Source: an uncultured Candidatus Rokubacteria bacterium
Lineage (GTDB): Bacteria; Methylomirabilota; Methylomirabilia; Rokubacteriales; CSP1-6
DNA: 64,000 nt
Direction: 5' to 3'
NCBI GenBank assembly: GCA_963789955.1
Contig: CAWBMV010000022.1
Coordinates: 288,001-352,000 of the forward strand
Below are positions 59,507-64,000 of this stretch, piece by piece. Below the pieces are notes generated by a model. The model saw only the letters and a list, made by a program, of their open reading frames with translations, ran no database searches and had not been told where the DNA came from. A program made the translations under genes and the position numbers. The first letter of the stretch is position 1; the number at the start of each line of letters is the position of its first letter.

Positions 59507-60365
59507 ATGAAATTCGGACTGCACTCCGTCAACTTGCACACCTGCGGCTATCCCGACGCGGCCGCGCGCCTCGGCCGAGCGGCCGAGGCCGCCGGCTTCG
59601 AATCGCTCTGGGTCGCCGATCACGTGGTGCTGCCCGACCCGCCGGTGGCGGGGCGGCCGATGGCGCCGGACCAGCGGCTGCTCGATCCGATCGTGGCGCT
59701 GACGTTTCTGGCGGCGCACACCCAGCGCATTCGCCTCGGCGACCGGCGTGATCATCCTGCCGCAGCGCCAGGCGCTGGTGCTCGCCAAGCAGCTCGCCTC
59801 GCTCGACGTGCTCTCGAACGGCCGGCTCATCTTCGGGCTCGGCGTCGGCTGGTGCGAGCCCGAGATGCGCTCGGTCGGCGCGCCCTTCGCCGAGCGCGGC
59901 CGCGTGGCCGACGACTATCTGGCGGCGATGCGCGCGGTGTGGACGCAGCCCAAGCCGTCGTATCGCGGCCCGTACGTGGCGTTCGACGGCGTGCAGGCGA
60001 TGCCGCGCCCGGTGCAGACGCCCGTGCCCATCGTGGTCGGCGGGCGCACGGCGCCGGCCTACCGGCGCGCGGTGACCCAGGGCCACGGCTGGTACGGCTT
60101 CGGGATCAACGTCGAGGACACGCAGAAGATCGTCGCCACCTTGCGCGACACCGCCAAGAAGCACTCGCGGCCGGCCGAGCTCGGACGGCTCGAGATCAGC
60201 GTGACGCCGCCGGGCTTCGACGTTCCGGACAAGGCGACGCTCGACGCCTACGCGGCGGCCGGCGTCGATCGGCTGATCCTGCGACCGCGCCCGGAGATGG
60301 ACGCCGCGGCGCTCGAGCGCTTCGCCGCCGAGACCGGACGCGCGCTCGGCCTGCGGGCGGCGTGA
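59507..60365 (+). CDS. LLM-class oxidoreductase (putatively F420-dependent), frameshift near 59740
   Basis: GFESLWVADHVVLP, LDPIVALTFLAAHT / IILPQRQALVLAKQLASLDVLSNGRLIFGLGVGW. Confidence 0.88.
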
Positions 60366-60372
60366 GGCGGCC

Positions 60373-61611
60373 ATGAAGATCGCGAGAGTCGAAGCGCTCC
60401 ATTGCGACGGCGGCTGGCGGCCGTGGACGTTCGTGCGCATCGAGACCGATACCGGCTTGATCGGCTGGGGTGAGTGCAGCGACAACCGGAGCCCGCACGG
60501 CATCGCCGGCTCGGTGCGCGACATGGCGGATCTGTTGATCGGCCAGGATCCGCGGCCGGTCGAGCGGCTCTACTGGGACATGCTGCGACGGATGCGCCAG
60601 AACAGCGGCGGCGTGTCGCACAAGGCGATGGCCGGCATCGAGCTGGCCCTGTGGGACATCAAGGCCAAGGCGCTCGGCGTGCCGGTCTACGAGCTCTTCG
60701 GCGGCCCGATGCGCGATCGCATGCGCCTCTACTGGTCGCACTGCGGGACGACGCGGGCGCGCATGGGGCAGTTCCTGGGCACACCGCCGCTGAAGACCTA
60801 CGACGACATCGCGGCACTCGGGCGCGAGGTGGTGAAGCGGGGATTCACCGCGCTCAAGACCAACATGGTGATCCCGGGCGATCCGGCCACCGTGTACTTC
60901 CCCGGGTTCGCCAGCGGCATCAACACCACCGACGGGGCGCCGACGGTCGAGATCCTGGACGCGATCGATCGCCTGATCGGCACCTTCCGCGAAGCCGTCG
61001 GCCCGAAGGTGGGCCTCTGCCTCGACCTGAACTACAACTTCCGCACGGAGGGCGTGCTGCGGATCGCCAAGCTGCTCGAGAAGTACGACATGCAGTGGGT
61101 CGAGTACGACAACTGGGATCCGGACGCGCTCCTGCAGATCAAGCAGTCGACGTCCACGCGGCTGGCCTCGTGCGAGAGCCTGGTGAGCTTGCGGCAGTAC
61201 CGGCCGTTTCTCGAGAAGCACGCGGTCGACGTGGCGATCATCGACGTGCCGTGGAACGGCTTCTCGCAATCCGTGCAGATCGGGCGACTGGCCGAAGCGT
61301 GCGAGATCAACATCGCCCCGCACAACTACTACAGCCACCTGGCCGACCTGCACTCGTTGCACCTCTGCGCGGTGCTCCCGAACGTGCGCATCATGGAGAT
61401 CGACATCGACGACGTGCCGTGGAAGGGCCCGCTCGTCACGCGCCCGCCGGTGATCCGCGACGGCCACATCTGGCTGACGGACGCGCCGGGCTGGGGCGCC
61501 GACGTCGACGAGCGCGTGCTGCGCGAGCATCCCTGGCCGCGGCCGGGGGACGGCGGGCCGCAGCTCTTCTACGGGATGGATCCGGGGCAGATGGCGGCGC
61601 GGCCGCGGTAA
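60373..61611 (+). CDS. Mandelate racemase/muconate lactonising enzyme family (galactonate dehydratase-like)
   Basis: FVRIETDTGLIGWGE, IELALWDIKAKALGVPVYELFGG, GFTALKTN, LDLNYNF, WVE, SCE, IAPHN. Confidence 0.9.
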   Translation: MKIARVEALHCDGGWRPWTFVRIETDTGLIGWGECSDNRSPHGIAGSVRDMADLLIGQDPRPVERLYWDMLRRMRQNSGGVSHKAMAGIELALWDIKAKALGVPVYELFGGPMRDRMRLYWSHCGTTRARMGQFLGTPPLKTYDDIAALGREVVKRGFTALKTNMVIPGDPATVYFPGFASGINTTDGAPTVEILDAIDRLIGTFREAVGPKVGLCLDLNYNFRTEGVLRIAKLLEKYDMQWVEYDNWDPDALLQIKQSTSTRLASCESLVSLRQYRPFLEKHAVDVAIIDVPWNGFSQSVQIGRLAEACEINIAPHNYYSHLADLHSLHLCAVLPNVRIMEIDIDDVPWKGPLVTRPPVIRDGHIWLTDAPGWGADVDERVLREHPWPRPGDGGPQLFYGMDPGQMAARPR

Positions 61612-61739
61612 GAACGAAGCGCGCTTCGCGTCTCGCCTCCAGGGCACTCTGCCCAGGACGTTGGGCAATACGCGGCGGGACGCCTGAGATGACCCGGGCG
61701 AATCGCGCTCGCAGTCAGCATCATCGACGAATCATCGGG

Positions 61740-61754
61740 TGGCATCGTCGCTGC
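61740..61754 (+). promoter_or_regulatory. Possible sigma54 promoter of the surface protein gene
   Basis: TGGCAT-CGTCG-CTGCA with correct spacing; no clear tandem GTAA-N3-TTAC site nearby. Confidence 0.45.
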
Positions 61755-61767
61755 ACCTTGCTCGCGC

Positions 61768-64000
61768 ATGCCCAACATCGCGAGCTCACCCGTCAGAACG
61801 GCAGCACGACTGTCCCGGCCCGCGCGTCTCGTGGGCCTGAGTCTCCTGGTGTTCTTGCCGGCCGCGACAGCAGGTGCCAAGTGTCGCCGGCATCTCGCCG
61901 GCGGCTCTGGCACCGGTGAGCGTCTGGGCGAGCGGTTTTCTCCAGCCGCGTGGTGTCGTGGCGGACTCTGCAGGCGCGGTCTACGTGAGCGACCGCGCGG
62001 CCGGCACCATCACACGCATCGCTACGGATCAGTCCACGACCGTGCTGATGCGTGGACTGGAGCGACCGGTCGGCCTCGCCTTCGATCTCGAAGGCCGTCT
62101 GCTCGTCGCTGAGGAGCGAGCCGGCCGGATCACGCGACGCGAGGCCGACGGCTCGCGCACCACCTTGGTGTCCGGAGTCAAGCAGCCCCGGTGGCTCGAC
62201 GTCGGCGAGGACGCGACCGTCTTCGTCGCGGCTCGTCGGCTCACGAGGGGCACCGACCCCGAGCCCGACGACGAGTCGGTCGAGCCCGAGGTGATTCTGG
62301 CGCTCACGTCGACCGGCGCACTGACGGTCTTCGCTGACGGCTTCCGAGCCGTTCGGGGCATCGTGGCCGGCGACGGGATCCTCTACGCAGCGACGGACGG
62401 CCGTCGTGGGGAAGCGAGACCGGATGGTGTCGTCTTCCGGATTCCGATCCTGCCGGGCGCTCGCGCCGGTGTTGCCACTGCACTCGGCCCCACCGGCGCC
62501 TTCGTGAAACCGACGGCGCTGGCGCAAGACCGGTTGGGCGCGCTATTCGTGACGACCCAGGAGCTCAGCGTGGATGGCCAGCGCTTCAGACGTGCGCTCG
62601 CGAAGCTGCAGCCTGATGGCCCGGTCAGCCTGTTCGCGGGAGAGCTGGATCGCCCGCAAGGCCTGGCCTTCGACCCCGCGGGCCACCTGTATGTCGCCGA
62701 CGGAGCTTCGGGTCGAATCCTTCGCTTCCTCTCGCCACCCGCGCCCGAGCTCGATCCACTGGCCACGATCACGAACGCGCCCGCCGTCTCCGTGCGCGGC
62801 GCCGCGCTTCGAGAGTCACGAGTCGATGGTCGCCTCGACGGCGGAAGCGGTCGGTTCACGATCCAGAGTGGAACGGACGGCAGGTTCGCTGCTGACGATT
62901 CCGTTGACGTTGAATGCCGAGAACACGATCGAGGTATTCGTGACTGCCCATCGTGGTCTCGGCCTGACCGGCGCGCCCGCCGAGGTGACCGTCCGCCACG
63001 ACGACGTACCGCCCGAGACGACCTTGATCAGCGGACCGGTCAGCCCCAGCGACGGGACCACGGCCGCATTCACGTTCACGGGCACCGACGACGTCACCGC
63101 GAGCGGACGAGTTGCGGTTCGCGTGGCGCCTCGACGGCCGACCTTTCGGCGAGCTCTCCGGCGCGCGGTCGGTCACACTCACGGATCTCCCGGACGGCGT
63201 CCACACGTTCGATGTCGTGGCACAAGATAGCGCGGGGAACGTCGATCCCACCCCGGCGACCAGGACCTTCACGGTCAGTCGGTCTCGGATCGCGCTGGTC
63301 GAGCCCGAGCCCGGAGCCACCTTGCCTGCCGGTTCCCGCCTCGTTCGAGGCACGGTCGTGACCGGAGGGCAGGAAGTCGCGGTGACCATCAATGGGATCG
63401 CGGCCGCGGTCTACGGAGGCACGTTCGCCGCGCTCGTTCCGCTGAGCCCGGGCACGAATCGTCTCCAGATCGTCGCCACGACGGCCGCCGGCGTCGTCGC
63501 GAGCCAGGACGTGCCCGTCACCGTGATGGCCGCGCCGGACGCGCCGTTCCTGCTCGTCAGCAGTCCCGCGGGCGGCGTGAGTCCGCTGACGGTGTCCTTC
63601 ACGTTGCTCGGCGTGCCGGATTCGGCGACGATCCAGGCCGACTTCGATGGCAACGGTACGATCGACTTCACGGGCCAGCGCCTGGCCGAGCAGGCCTTCA
63701 CGTATCGTGCAACCCGGTCTCTTCGTCCCCATCGTGACGGTCACCGATGCCCAGGGGCAGCGAACCACGGTCCCCGGCGTCGTTCAGGTCTTCGATCGGG
63801 CGAGCCTCGACGCGCTGCTGCAGGCCAAGTGGGCCTCCATGCGTGACTCGTTGCGCCGCGGCGATATCGCCCAGGCCCTGACGCAGATCTCCGAGCGCTC
63901 GCGGAATCGCTACCAGCAGGCGTTCACCGCGCTCCTTCCTGATCTGCCGGCCGTCGACACGATTCTCACCGATGTCCGATTCGTTCGGGCTCGCGGTCTG
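61768..64000 (+). CDS. Large secreted protein: NHL-type beta-propeller, Ig-like and PKD domains; frameshifted, runs off window
   Basis: Signal-like LVGLSLLVFLPAATAGA; repeats P.GL/V.FD..G.LYVAD/SD; PPETTLISGP...FTFTGTDD...DGVHTFDV.AQDSAGNVDPTPATRTF; PLTVSF...DFDGNGTID...PIVTVTD. Confidence 0.75.

Noticed and set aside
61608..61618. GTAAGAACGAA as an enhancer site for the 61740 promoter
   Set aside because: Only a half match, overlaps the upstream stop codon, and has no tandem partner
2..64000. Many 1-bp frameshifts (PhyH, ABC-SBP, MmgE/PrpD, LigB, PBP, DUF748, cgs, LLM, surface protein) as programmed frameshifting or mass pseudogenisation
   Set aside because: Scattered, no shared slippery motif, and motifs are intact on both sides; most consistent with unpolished long-read errors

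Overview
GC-rich bacterial chromosomal window with no rRNA, tRNA, CRISPR array, transposase or phage genes that I can recognise. The paralog content (two family-5 ABC substrate-binding proteins with a W-x-x-x-V-(S/T)-L-x-P-x-WFDP signature, ABC_sub_bind proteins, five LLM oxidoreductases, LigB-like dioxygenases, CoA-transferases) suggests a soil Candidatus Rokubacteria/Methylomirabilota-like organism; this is inference only. Many genes carry 1-bp indels that look like long-read consensus errors, and a few are internally collapsed remnants. Layout: 1-7.2 kb accessory genes, including an orphan TIR-domain NADase candidate and a cytoplasmic thermonuclease; 7.5-38 kb transport and catabolic genes, including an Rdx/SelW selenoprotein whose N-terminus the ORF track misses (CxxU motif plus SECIS-like hairpin); 38-58 kb an envelope/general-stress island (PBP, YqjE-like holin family, AI-2E, BON, YtxH-like, DUF748, DUF3185, DUF2231, cyclic beta-1,2-glucan synthase); 58.5-64 kb a RAPP-motif leader ORF before a Met-rich secreted protein, an LLM, an enolase-superfamily enzyme and a large surface protein. 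The strongest unexplained signal is in the stress island: seven correctly spaced sigma54 (-24/-12) promoters, each accompanied about 45-120 bp upstream by a shared GTAA-N3-TTAC motif, usually as a tandem pair with 14-bp period. This points to a sigma54/enhancer-driven general stress regulon.
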